In this document: positions 30,390 through 41,949 of the stretch, in pieces | Position numbering within the stretch: position 1 is the stretch's first letter | Layout: each line of letters begins with the position of its first letter | The notes under the pieces: generated by a model | Told to the model about the DNA's origin: nothing | The model's input: the letters and a program-made list of their open reading frames with translations, nothing else | Databases searched by the model: none | Assembly: GCA_951406725.2 (NCBI GenBank) | Contig: OX597819.1 | Span: 23,188,001-23,252,000 of the forward strand | From: Octopus vulgaris | Lineage: Eukaryota | Direction of reading: 5' to 3' | DNA: 64,000 nt | Made by a program: the position numbers and the translations under genes

Positions 30390-30740
30390 TTTATTCTGTC
30401 ACTTGTTTTAAGTCATTTGGCTACGGCCATGCTGGGGCACCACCTTGAAGTATTTTAATCGAATAAATCGACACCAATACTTTTGTTTATTTTTTATAGC
30501 ACGGTGCTTACTCTATCGGTGCCTTTTGCCGAACAGCTACGTTTCGGGGACGTAAACGCACAAAAACCGGTCGTCAAGTGGTGGTGGGGGGGGGGGAACA
30601 CATACACACACAAACCTATACAGATATATATACGACGGGCTTCTTTCAGTTTCCGTCTACCAATCCACTCACATGGCTTTGGTAGTAGAAGATATCTGCC
30701 CAAGATGCCACGCAGTGGGACTGAACCCCGAACCACGTGA
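30390..30740 (-). mobile_element. SINE family A (diverged)
   Basis: Reverse-complement match to the 3' half and the head. Confidence 0.82.
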
Positions 30741-30784
30741 TTGTAAAACAAGCACACAGACACAAATGTATCTGATTGTGTGTG

Positions 30785-30818
<34 letters not shown>

Positions 30819-30957
30819 AGTGCTTACATACATACGCCATTTATGCATATGTATGTATCTATATATGTATGTATGGTGTGTATGTATGTTTACGATGTGC
30901 CTCTACACACTTTCCGTTCAACAAATTCATTCACAAGGCAAGCCACACACATACCTT

Positions 30958-31040
<83 letters not shown>

Positions 31041-31763
31041 ATATATATATATATTTATATTTGTATATATATGTATATATATATACTTACATATATATAC
31101 ACACACATACACACACAAATATATATCTACCTGCATCATGTATGTATGTATGCGTGTATTTATGTATGTATGTATGTATGTATGTATGTATGTATGAATG
31201 TATGTATGTATGTATGTATGAGGTTGTGCATGCACGTGTGGTTCAGGCTGTTAGATGTGTAAGTTAAGAGGTGGCGTACTGAATGACTATGCAAAAAATT
31301 TCTCAATTAATTTCCTCTTAGTTGGGGAAAGAAAGCAAATTCTTAGCTATTTACCTATGCACTTTTTTTTTATTCCGACTGTTTGATGTGTGTGTGTGCG
31401 CGTATCAATAGGTGTGTGAGTGCTTTTATAGGCTAGCATGTGTGTGTGATTATGTATACTCCTGCATGTGGGTATTTTACGTGTTCTAGTGTATGTGGGC
31501 GCGCGTAAGTGTGTATGTGTGTATGTGCGCGCGCGCATGCGTGTGTATGTGTGTGTATTTATATATTTATGGAGAGTATATTTCATATGTATAGATGCTT
31601 GTATATATATATGTACATATGAATGCACGGTTAGATCTGTAGACAAATAGATAGACAAACGGACAGACCGACAGGCAGACAGGCAGACATACAGGAAGAG
31701 ATGTACGTGTCGGTATACATGAATGTGTTTGCTTTTCTACATGTGGGTATAATTTGGTACTTT

Positions 31764-31797
<34 letters not shown>

Positions 31798-31847
31798 TGT
31801 ATGTATGTATGTATGTATGTATGTATGCATGTGTACATGTATGTATG

Positions 31848-33400
31848 TTACTATCCAGTTTTATTTCAAGATTTCTTGCCAATAGAGAAAGTGCCGGTTT
31901 CTAACCTAGATCCACGGCTCCTTAAATGAAATTTCAACATTAAGAATAGGACGTGTATGTATGTATGTTTGTATGTATGTATGTTTATGTGCAGATTTGT
32001 ATGTTTTGTTTTACGTATGTCCTCTCATGCTCATACTTGCACATTTAGACATGCTAAAATGATTAACCCCTGGAAAGTTTTACAGATTTTTACAGTTCCT
32101 GTTTTGGACTGGATCTGTAGATTTCGAATTAGCTTTCTCCTTTCTGGTTTTGAGAAGCCTAATTTTTTAATATTAGTATTTAGACAGTGTGCTACATATA
32201 CCGGTGCCCCAATAATTGCAGGTATAAACCTGATCTTCTAGCCTGGATAGAGTAACTTCAGGTATTCTCTTTTTCACCCAACTTCAGCTTTATGTTAACA
32301 TCCGCTAGGCAGCTGATTTCCACAAATGTACACAATTTTAACCAGCAAGTGTCGAAGTGCATCTCGTGACCAAGTTTGCATACATGAGGCTGATAACATC
32401 ATAAGAGTTGGAAACAGCTCTCATATGTGCTACATATACCGGTGCCCCAATAATTACAGGTATAAACCTGATCTTCTAGCCTGGATAGAGTAACTTCAGA
32501 TTTCTCAATAGTTCAGCCTAGGTATTCTCTTTTTCACCCATCTTCAGCTTTATGTTAACATCCGCTAGACAGCTGATTTCCACAAATGTACACAATTTAT
32601 TTTCCTAATACCAAATCATTATATTAGGTCTATAGTATTTACATTTTATTGAGGTTTTCACTGGGACATTCCATCATCAATACTCCGTTTTATTGTGAGT
32701 GGTTATGGCTTCCACCACACTGTAGGTTTCTCCATGGAGTTATCCGTTCGATGGATCTCGTTATACAGTGTCCCAGCCACAACATCATGTCTCATCATTA
32801 GATAATCCTGTGATGACATTTTTGGACAACTGCTTATGATGTGGGTGATATCTTCGGTGTGAACTCCACAAAGTCTGCATCGATTGTCACATGTTACTGT
32901 TTTTCCTGCATCTCTGTTCCTTTTGTGCATCAAGTATTTTGTTGATATTTCCTGTTCCTGGATTGCAAACGCGTATCATTCAAAGTGGGACGTCGTAATC
33001 CGGTTTGTCGGTCCATGATAGACTGCTTTGGTGATCAATGTTACTATCATCTCTGAACTTTCAACTAACATATCTATGCATAATCTTCTGCTCATACAGG
33101 CTCATCCTTTCATCTGATGATACGTTGCGGTGGAGTCGTGCGACTTCTTTGGGCATGTATTGTAGGTTATCAGACAAGGAATACTGCTCAAGGAGCTGTT
33201 TCCAACTCTTATGATGTTATCAGCCTCATGTATGCAAACTTGGTCACGAGATGCACTTCGACACTTGCTGGTTAAAAGATGTTGCCGAAGTGATATGATA
33301 CGACATTCAAAAACAGTTTGGATCGATGTTAAGCATCTGCCGCCTTGTTTTCGTTTTACATAGAGGCGGTCTACGTATGTGGAAATTATGTGTGCCTGTT
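31848..33400 (-). mobile_element. R4/Dong-type retrotransposon 3' part (CCHC knuckle + REL), family D2, internally rearranged
   Basis: CRLCGVHTEDITHIISSCPKMSSQDYLMMRHDVVA (ORF 32703-32933). 3' end abuts (TACA)n. Confidence 0.88.
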
Positions 33401-33439
33401 AGTATCTTCCGGGGTTTCACGTCAATATCTCGGATCTCA

Positions 33440-34640
33440 TCAAGAGTCCAATCAAGCAGTCCAAACATCCCTTGACCAAGTTTGCATACATGAAGCTGAT
33501 AACATCATAAGACTTGGAAGGCAGATCTTTGAGCAACACTCTGTGTCTCATAACTTAGAATACGTGCCCAAAGAAGTTGCACGACTCTACTGCAACATAT
33601 AAGATGAAAGGATGAGCAGAAGACAATCCAAAGATATGTTAGTAGAAAGCTCCGTGATGATAGTAACATCGATCATCAAAGCAGTTTATCACGGACGAAT
33701 AACCGGATTACAACCTCCCACTTTGAAGGGTATACGTTTGCAGTCCAGGAACAGGAAATATCAACCAAGTACTTGATGCACAAAAGGGATAGAGATGCGG
33801 GAAAAGCCGTAAAATGTGACAACCGTAGGGTTCAAACTGAAGACGTCACATACATCATACGCAGTTGTCCAAAAATGTCATCACGGTTTTCTACCGATGA
33901 GACGTGATGTTGTAGCTAGGACACTCTATAATGAAATCCGTCGGAAGGATAATCCCGAGGACAAATAAATGAAAACCCATCATATTATAGAAGCCACAGC
34001 CACTCATAATGAAAAGGAATGATGTTGGAACGTACCAGTGAAGATCTCATTAAAATGTAAGCACAAGAGACCTGATATACTGATTTAGGATAGGGAAGAG
34101 AAACTGTGCAGAGTTGTGGAAATTAGCTGCCCAGCGTATGTTAAGATAAAGCTGAAGATCAATGAAAAAGAGAACTCCTACGCTGAACTATTGAGAAATC
34201 TGAAGTTACTCTATCCAGATTACGAGTTCAGCTTTATACCTGTAATTGTTGGAGCCATGGGATATGAAACACACCGCCTAAATACCAATCATGAGAAATT
34301 AGGCTTCTCGAAACCAGAAAGGAGAAGGCTACGGATCCAATCCATCACTAGAACTGTAAAAATCTGTAAAACTTCCCAGACTTTTATCATTCAAATATAT
34401 ATGAGCATGTCTAGATATGTAACTATATGCATGAGAATATATACATAAAATATACAAATGTACACATACATACATACATACATACATACATACATACATA
34501 CATACATACATACATACATACATACATACATACATAACATGTTGTTGATGTTGAGATTCCAATGGTGGAACCTTGGATCTAGGTGAGAAAGCGGTTCTTT
34601 CTCTATTGGCAAGAAATCTTGAAATAAACTGAATAATGAC
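33440..34640 (+). mobile_element. R4/Dong-type retrotransposon 3' part, family D2, second diverged copy in head-to-head orientation
   Basis: EISCPAYVKIKLKINEKENSYAELLRNLKLLYPDYEFSFIPVIVGAMGY (ORF 34116-34448). Ends ttgaaataaactgaataatga(CATA)n. Confidence 0.88.
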
Positions 34641-34810
34641 ATACATACATACAAACATGTATGTATATATGCATGTATGTATGTGTGTGTGTATGGATGG
34701 GGTGATTTATGTGTGCGTGTAGGCATGTAGGTATGAATGTGTACATGTATTGATGTTTGCATCCGTATCTAGATGTTTTTAGTACTTGTGCGTGTGTGTG
34801 TGTTTGTGTG

Positions 34811-34862
<52 letters not shown>

Positions 34863-34934
34863 CAAATTTGATTACTTTTGTGTATGCATGTTTACATTAA
34901 AGAGTTTTGTTGTTTGTTTTAGTATGTTATTGTT

Positions 34935-35284
34935 ATTACCTCCACCTTAGCGAAGACAGAGGTTTTGTTTTCAATCGCGTTTGTTTGTCCGTGGACGAGA
35001 TATCTCAAGAACCGCCCGATGGATTCGGAGATGGTTGTCGTCGTGACTAACACGAACTGCTTAGAGTTGAGGAGTGATCGAGTACCGGACAAGGATTCTG
35101 TATTATTTTTCCGGGGTTTTTACTGAGTTTTTGAGAGCGATTAAGTTCATTTTTAGTATTCTCGTTTGTGAGAGCAGTTGAGTTTCTTTCAGGTATTTTC
35201 ATTTTAAACAATCATCTCTGGCCAATTGTTGAGAGGGCATTGGTATTGCCTTGGTGGATGTTTGCGCTCTCGGAGTGCTCTTGT
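34935..35284 (+). mobile_element. Non-autonomous Helentron-type element (HINE/DINE-like)
   Basis: 5' ttacctccacc subterminal IR, (GTTT)/GTCC repeats, 3' ttggtggatg followed by hairpin gcgctc-tcg-gagtgc. Confidence 0.65.
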
Positions 35285-35304
35285 GATTATTATTGTTGTT
35301 GTTG

Positions 35305-35810
35305 TTGCCTTTACACAGCTTTTAACGCTGGAGATGTACTACAGTGTCAGCTGTTCACTACCAGTGAACTAAGGTAACACCTTATTTTTCGAGCACCTTC
35401 AGGAGTATTTGAGCGGTTCCAAGCAGTGCTGTTTTCTGCAAGTGCTCACCCTTATTGTTTCACGTACTTCTCGAGATTTTTGCTCACTGTTCCCAGGGCT
35501 CCGACAATTATTGGTACTACTACCTTTTTCATCGACCACAACTGCTTAACTTCCCAAGCTAACCTGACATATCTCTCGACTTTTCTTTCTTCCTTATCGC
35601 ATACTTTGCTGTCAGCTGGGCATGCTATATCTATGATCCAGCATATATTACTTTCTTTCTCAATTAGGACTATGTCCGGCTTCCTGTTCTCAATCACATG
35701 GTCGCACTGAATCATAGAATTCCATAGGATCTTTGCATTTCTATTTTCGACGATGCCTTCAAGTTTGTGGTCGTACCATTTTTGGCTCTTTTAAGATCAT
35801 ACTTGTTGCA
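35305..35810 (-). mobile_element. R4/Dong-type REL 3' fragment, family D1
   Basis: IQCDHVIENRKPDIVLIEKESNICWIIDIACPADSKVCDKEERKVERY...VPIIVGALG (PD..D..K REL). 3' end in TTA/TTG repeats. Confidence 0.92.
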
Positions 35811-35898
35811 GTTTTCGTATAGAAATATTGCAATCCATGTGTTTACATTTTCCCGCACGTGTTGTTGTGGCGGCGTATCTAAGGAAAGTAATTTTTTC

Positions 35899-35941
<43 letters not shown>

Positions 35942-36054
35942 TATTTCGGAATGGTCATATTGCCAGTTTAGCCAATAAAAACACACGCACTATATATTTT
36001 GTGTTATTTTGCTTCAGTGTTATTTGTTTTTTACATTAATCTTAATCTTATTTC

Positions 36055-36099
36055 GGCCAGAGTTCTTTCGTCACACTCCTGTGACCGCATCAGTGGTCC
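36055..36099 (-). ncRNA. Hammerhead motif in the 3' repeat of the Penelope-like element (A9 mutated)
   Basis: ggacca CTGATGC g gtcac aggagt gtgac GAAA gaac TC tggcc. Confidence 0.62.
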
Positions 36100-36562
36100 T
36101 TTGTTTTCTTCTTTCTTATTTGTGTCTCTCCTTACTAACCGTCAGCCATTTTGTATTTCTATTGTATGTATTCAGTTGCGCATGCTTATATCTCTATGTG
36201 CGTCTATGTTTATTTAGTGTGTGTATGTGGAGGGATGCCTGTAATATTTGTATCTTCTGTTTATATACGTTCATGTAATTTGTATTTTGTTTTTGTTGTT
36301 GTTGTTTTTGTTTATTCTTATTTTGTTCATGTGTTTACATCCACTTATTATTATCATTACATATGCTTGTATGTATGTATGTATAACAACAATACTAGTA
36401 ATAATAATAATAAATCAAATCGAAAAAATATATATATATATATACACATACATATATAAACATACACACATACACACACACACATATATATATATATATA
36501 ATTATTTATTTCTATTTGTTTATTTATCTGTGTATTTATTATGTTTTCGGGATCCTCTATCG

Positions 36563-37015
36563 TCATATGTTGTGGTGTGTGTTAGTGCTCCATTCTAGTT
36601 TTCTATTCAGGCTAGGTTTATTTTCTATTATGTGTGTAGCTTCTGTAATTTGTCTAATTGTTGCATCTGTTCTATGTGTGGACAATATTTTAATTTCTCT
36701 GTTATTGATTGATCCCCCGTGTTCCTGTTCGGCGTGTTGGTACTGAATCGATGAGCTTTTACTTTCCTTGAGTTGTCTCCAATGTTCATTTACCCGCTCT
36801 CCTATGCTTCTTGCCGTTTCCCCTACGTATGTCGTTGTCTTGTTACTGCATCGTCCCGCTATACATCTTATACTATAGACTACATTTCTGGCTTTACAGT
36901 TTGTTTGTGGGCTAAATCTACATACAGTACAGTACTTATCCGTACAGGGGGTTCTACTAAAAGGATAGGTTCTACCAATTATAGATTTGATAGGGTTGCC
37001 TGGCTTTTCAACAAC
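36563..37015 (-). pseudogene. GIY-YIG endonuclease domain of the Penelope-like element (151-codon open stretch, absent from the ORF track)
   Basis: Manual translation: VVEKPGNPIKSIIGRTYPFSRTPCTDKYCTVCRFSPQTNCKARNVVYSIRCIAGRCSNKTTTYVGETARSIGERVNEH...IRQITEATHIIENKPSLNRKLEW. Separated from the RT part by a frameshift and a TAG. Confidence 0.9.
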
Positions 37016-37487
37016 CTAAATTCTTAGCTTAAGTTTGTCTAGGGTCCTTCTAAAGTTCACCTCCAGGGGTGGTGTCAACAAACATGACACTCTGGTATTT
37101 ATGGCTATCATACCAAGAGTTGGCCTTCCCTATTTTCTTTTTTTTCCTTTCTATAGTGTTCCATGACTTGTTCCTATAGAGTGGGCAAATCCCATTCCTA
37201 TCATTACATAATATATTATCAAATTTCTTCATGGCTCCTTTGTATACTCTGATCCTTTCTTGATGGCTGTAACCTGAGAACTGCATGCAGTGAATGAAAT
37301 ATTGTATGTGTCTCTTTAGCTCTGTGGGCTCGCACATGCGTGACACATTTCTCATTATTCTGACGAGGTCTGCCATCAAAATATTGAATTTGGCATTGTC
37401 CGCAATGGCTGAGTTCCAGTTTCAGATTTTATCTAATCTTCCCGGCAGCTCGCTGTAACACGTCCATGCTGCTTGCTATTATTATTA

Positions 37488-37549
<62 letters not shown>

Positions 37550-37599
37550 CGACTAGCGCCCTCCATCGTAATCGCTGTTCTTGTGCCAAAATTTGATTA

Positions 37600-38010
37600 T
37601 CCTTGAGTGAGAGAGCAACACGTGTCAACAAAGTGGCACTGAGGTACAAATATACGACTTAAATATACCCATCATGACTACCCGGCTGATAAGAGTACAC
37701 CAGGCACCTGCATCACAACCGTATGTACGCGACATGGTAACTCAATATCAAGATAAACAGTGCATGACCTTGCAGGTGGGGGCCCTGTTAGAATTTTCTT
37801 CAAATCGAGTAGGCCATCCCGTTCAAAATTCCATGAATAAGGTTTGCTTATGGATGATGAACGAAACACCCATGTTTCCAAGAGTGAATTATTAAAACTC
37901 CAAAGAACCCTTCTCAACACATAGCTATGATGTTTCCCCACCAATCCTGCTCGCGATCAGAGATGCACATATCGTTAGCCATGAAGGGACATGCTGCACT
38001 ACTTAAGGTC
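37600..38010 (-). mobile_element. Second copy of the 1277-1982 repeat; its other end is at 38998-39077
   Basis: Clear sequence similarity; follows a (TTA)n tract. Confidence 0.78.
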
Positions 38011-38050
38011 ATTGTTATTATTATTCAGTAATCTTATTTTATTTCACGAA

Positions 38051-38380
38051 GGCGCATGGCTCAGTGATTAGAGCGTCGAGCTTACGAACGTGAGATTGTG
38101 AGTTCGATTCCCGGACCGGGCTGCGTGTTGTGTTCTTGAACAAGACACTCTTATTTCACGTTTCTCCAGTTCACTCAGCTGTAGAAATGAGTTGCGACAT
38201 CACTGATGCCAAGCTGTATCTGCCGTTGCCTTTCCCTTGGATCACATCAATGGTGTGGAGATGGACGGCTGGTATGCATGGGAGACTGCTGGCCTTCCAT
38301 AAAACAACCTTGCCCAGACTTGTGCCTGGGAGGGTAACTTTCTAGGTGCAACCCCATGGTCATTCATGACCGAAAGGGTC
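38051..38380 (+). mobile_element. tRNA-headed SINE family C
   Basis: A box tggctcagtgattaga, B box gagttcgattccc, CORE-like tgtgttcttgaacaagacac. Confidence 0.8.
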
Positions 38381-38394
38381 CCCTCTCCTTCTCC

Positions 38395-38650
38395 TCAGTC
38401 ATATTTTTATCAAGTAATTTCACTGCGCTACCGAGCGCAGCTCTTTGTGCCTTGGGTATGTGCTATGGTTTGTTTTGGTGTTGATATTTTCACTGTATTG
38501 AAAGTACTTTATGTAGTGCGTGAACAGTGCCTTGTAGTGCTATTTTCTGTATGTTATGGACTTTCTATATGTAAACCCTGGTGTTTTCGTCATGTATTTC
38601 TCTGCATGTTTTTCATCATACCTAATGCACCTATTATTGTAGGGCTTGTT
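38395..38650 (-). mobile_element. R4/Dong-type REL extreme 3' end, family D3
   Basis: Minus strand PTIIGALGMMKKHAEKYMTKTPG...; 5' end at a TTA/TTG tract. Confidence 0.7.
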
Positions 38651-38699
38651 TGTGTTGTACTATTATTATTGTTGTTGTTGTTGTTGTTGCTATTTTACT

Positions 38700-38998
38700 T
38701 CTCAGAGCTTTCAGTCTTACTTGCTATGGTTGATTCTTTGAGAGCGGACAGCAACTTGTTGTCAGAGGGCTCAAAGGGTCTCTTTCCGCTAATTATAAGC
38801 TTTGATACCTGCATGTTAACTTATCGTGGAAGTCAACACCTAAGCGCCAATCTCAAGATCCTAGCTGTCCTCAATAGAGCAGGTTTTTCTGAACCTTCTC
38901 CGAACACGTGTCAATTTAAACTTTTCTGTCATATTCTTCGAATATAGTTGTTAGTGTTCCGAGTGTCACTACGACTACTGGGATGACAGTTACTCTCC
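38700..38998 (-). mobile_element. R4/Dong-type REL extreme 3' end, family D4
   Basis: Minus strand RVTVIPVVV.TLGTLTT...ALLRTARILRLAL. Confidence 0.62.
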
Positions 38999-39397
38999 TA
39001 CAACGTACATGATAACACTTCCAATCAGTTAAGATCAGAAGCCATATGAGCCACTTCCTGGTACTGCATCAGGCATTGTTATTATTAATAGTAGTAGTAG
39101 TAGTAGTAGTAGTAGTATAGGGAAGCTGGCAGAATCGTTAGCACGCAAAGCATGTTGCTGAGAGGCATTTCGTCCGTCTTTATGCTCTGAGTTCAAATTC
39201 CGCCGAGGCCGTTCATCCTTTCGAGATCGATAAATAAAGTACCAGTTGAACGCTGTAGCCAATGTAATGAGGAAGCAGCACGAAAATATCAAGCCACTAC
39301 CTGATTCATAAGAACGCAAAACACGAGAATGACGACAAGAATAATAATATCAAAAATGGTTACAATGTTTTTAACAGCATATGCAACAACAACCATA

Positions 39398-39570
39398 GAG
39401 GCGCAGTGGCTCAGTGGTTAGGGCAGCGAACTGGCGGTCGTAAGAATGCGGTTTCGATTCCCAGACCGGGAATTGTGAGTGTTTACTGAGCAAAAACACC
39501 TAAGCTCCACGAGGCTCCGGCGAGGGGGTGGTGAACTCCACTGTACTCTTTCGCCACAACTTTCTCTAAC
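39398..39570 (+). mobile_element. tRNA-headed SINE family D (3'-truncated)
   Basis: tggctcagtggttaggg...ggtttcgattccc; homolog at 58400-58697. Confidence 0.82.
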
Positions 39571-39835
39571 CATGGTGTAACCCATTATGGTGTGGTAAAC
39601 TTTCAGACCCTAGTCTAGATTGCGAATCCTCTGTACCCCAGGATGGTTCAGCTCTCCACCCGTTAAAAGCCACTGTTTACGGAATGAGGATGACAACGTA
39701 GTTTTCGCGCCCATGCAACTGCCAGTCTATCGCGTGTGGTGGGTGGATCTTCAAGTTGCCTCACGCATTCTTAGTAGCTTAGAGTAGACTCGAATTAGAG
39801 ATTATTCTATGTGGCTAATGGCATGAGTCCTGATT

Positions 39836-39936
39836 GGAAGAAGAAGAAGAAAAAGAAGAAGAAGAAGAAGAAGAAGAAGAAGAAGAAGAAGAAGAAGAAG
39901 AAGAAGAAGAAGAAGAAGAAGAAGAAGAAGAAGAAG
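39836..39936. repeat. (GAA)n microsatellite
   Basis: Directly visible. Confidence 0.97.
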
Positions 39937-41342
39937 ACAACAGCATAAAATACAAACAGCAACAACAGTGATGACAAAATAGTGATGACTACAAAGTAAG
40001 TAGTAGGGTCGACTCCACAGCCAAGCACTCAATTTCTGAGATCAACTCAGTACCTCCCACCATTTCTTGATAACAATTAGGCTCGTCTGACATATGTGAG
40101 ACTGTCTGTGAAGAGGAATGAGTGGTGAGCACAAGTTGCCATCCCAACCGAGGTTTAGACAGCTAAACCCCACCCAGAAGTAGTGGCACACATCCTGGGG
40201 AATAACGGCCTAAAAGAAATATAGGTAGGTGTAGATCATGTAACCAAAACGAAGCAGTTCCGGGGCGTGGAAATACTGCCCAAGAGCAAAAACCCTGCGC
40301 TGAATCACTCCACAGGGATCCCATCTACACCCAACTTATTTATGGAGAACTACCTGCCAAGTACCACCTGGGTTTGACATCGTGCGTTTTCCCCCTGTGT
40401 CCCTTTGGAAGGAAGTGACACATCACTCGAAGTGAAACAAAAAGAGAGGGAGTTTTGGCCAGGTCCCACAACAGAGATCCTCCTCTAGAACAAACCAGAG
40501 GGAAAGATCGTAGAAGTTATCCACATGCCGAATGTAGTGGATCTGCGTGTTGCAATTAAAGACAAAAGTCAAGAGGCCATTTATATGATAAGGAAGGCCG
40601 TTTCAGAGCTTTCTGCTCTCAACAAAAAGCCGAAGAATGAAGGTCCCCAAGAGCAGGAACAGCGTACAGCAGTAGCAGTGCCAGTAGCAGCGGTGAAAGG
40701 ACAGGAACCCCAGCAACACTAAGAACAACAGAGTTGCAAAAGCAAGCCCGTCAATGGCAATAGACACCCAGAACAGCAGAACTTAAACCCGGGACCCAGA
40801 TAAATATTCAATCAATGTATTACTCTCTCTCTCTATCTATCTCTCTATCTCTCGCTCTTGCCCTTTTTTGAAGCACATTAGTAGGTACAGACTTACACAT
40901 ACCTCCATGCACTTCTGCATCGAATCTTTCCGACGAGAAAATATCATCTTTCAAGGAGAGGAAGAAAGACAGTCAAGCAAAGACAAGGACAATAAAGATT
41001 TTGGAAAAAAAACTCCACCCTTTCAGAACGATCCACACACCAACAACAGCATCCCTTACATCACACTTATACCAAACGCAGACAGATACACAACCAAAAC
41101 CACCACCATTGACATCCTCCTCAAAGAAAAGAAAACACATGCAACAGACCGACTCACAAACAAACACAAAGTCATCAACAAAATATATCCACCCCTAACT
41201 TTCTGCTGGTAAGGAACACAAATAAAATAACTGATGTCCTTCTTCGAAAAAAAAAGGGAAACGTTGAAACAGAGATGTCTTCAGTTCTAGTGATTTGAAA
41301 GTGCTAAGAATTTTGAAATAAGGCTAGACTTGGGAACATAAG

Positions 41343-41762
41343 ATATTTATTTCTTTATTGCCCACGCGGAGCTAAACATAGAGGGGACAAACAAGGGGAC
41401 AAAGGGATTAAGTCGTTTACATCGACCCCAGTGCGTAACTGGTGCTTCATTTATCGATCCCGAAAGGATGAAAGGAAAAATCGACCTCGGCTAAATTTGG
41501 ACTCAGAACGTAGTGGTAGACGAAATACCTATTTCTTTACTACCCACAAGGGGCTAAACACAGAGAGGACAAACAAGGACAGACAAACGGATTAAGTCGA
41601 TTATATCGACCCAAGTGCGTAGCTGGTACTTATTTAATCGACCCCGAAAGGATGAAAGGCAAAGTCGACCTCGGCGGAATTTTAACTCAGAACGTAACGG
41701 CAGACGAAATACCACTAAGCATTTCACCTGGCGTGCTAACGATTCTGCCAGCTCGCCGCCCT
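41343..41762 (-). mobile_element. SINE B dimer
   Basis: Full unit 41530-41762 joined to a headless unit at gtaaagaaatag|gtatttcgtc. Confidence 0.9.
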
Positions 41763-41949
41763 AAAATATTGAGGGAGAATTCCACCGATGATATGGGAAG
41801 TTGAGCGTAAGGGCCAGCATTAGGGTCCTTGGAAACTTCGCAAGGAAAACTCAAAATTCCATGGAGACCAATTAACCCGGTCTCCGGGACCAACAAATGG
41901 GTAAGTTATCCACTTTCTTTTCTCTTTATCTTTCAACCAACAAAAGCGG

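Larger units (their letters stand above)
35935..37425 (-). mobile_element. 5'-truncated Penelope-like element (Naiad-like): RT thumb, Cys-rich linker, GIY-YIG, 3' hammerhead, ending at (TA)n
   Basis: NSAIADNAKFNILMADLVRIMRN...SGY...PLYR...WY...FVDTTPGGEL, then a GIY-YIG frame, then a hammerhead-like motif at 36055-36099. Confidence 0.88.

Noticed and set aside
37016-37052. Selenocysteine or readthrough recoding in the Penelope-like ORF
   Set aside because: The stops are TAG, one at a probable Lys codon and one at a frameshift; the linker cysteines are ordinary TGT. Simple decay.
38051-39470. tRNA genes at 38051, 39398 (and 58625-58697)
   Set aside because: tRNA-like heads continue into SINE bodies and lack a proper acceptor stem and terminator.
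40100-41212. ORF1 of the downstream L1/Tx1 element or host exons (ORFs 40525-40722, 40868-41212)
   Set aside because: Position is compatible with a decayed ORF1, but I recognise no motif and see no splice or homology evidence.
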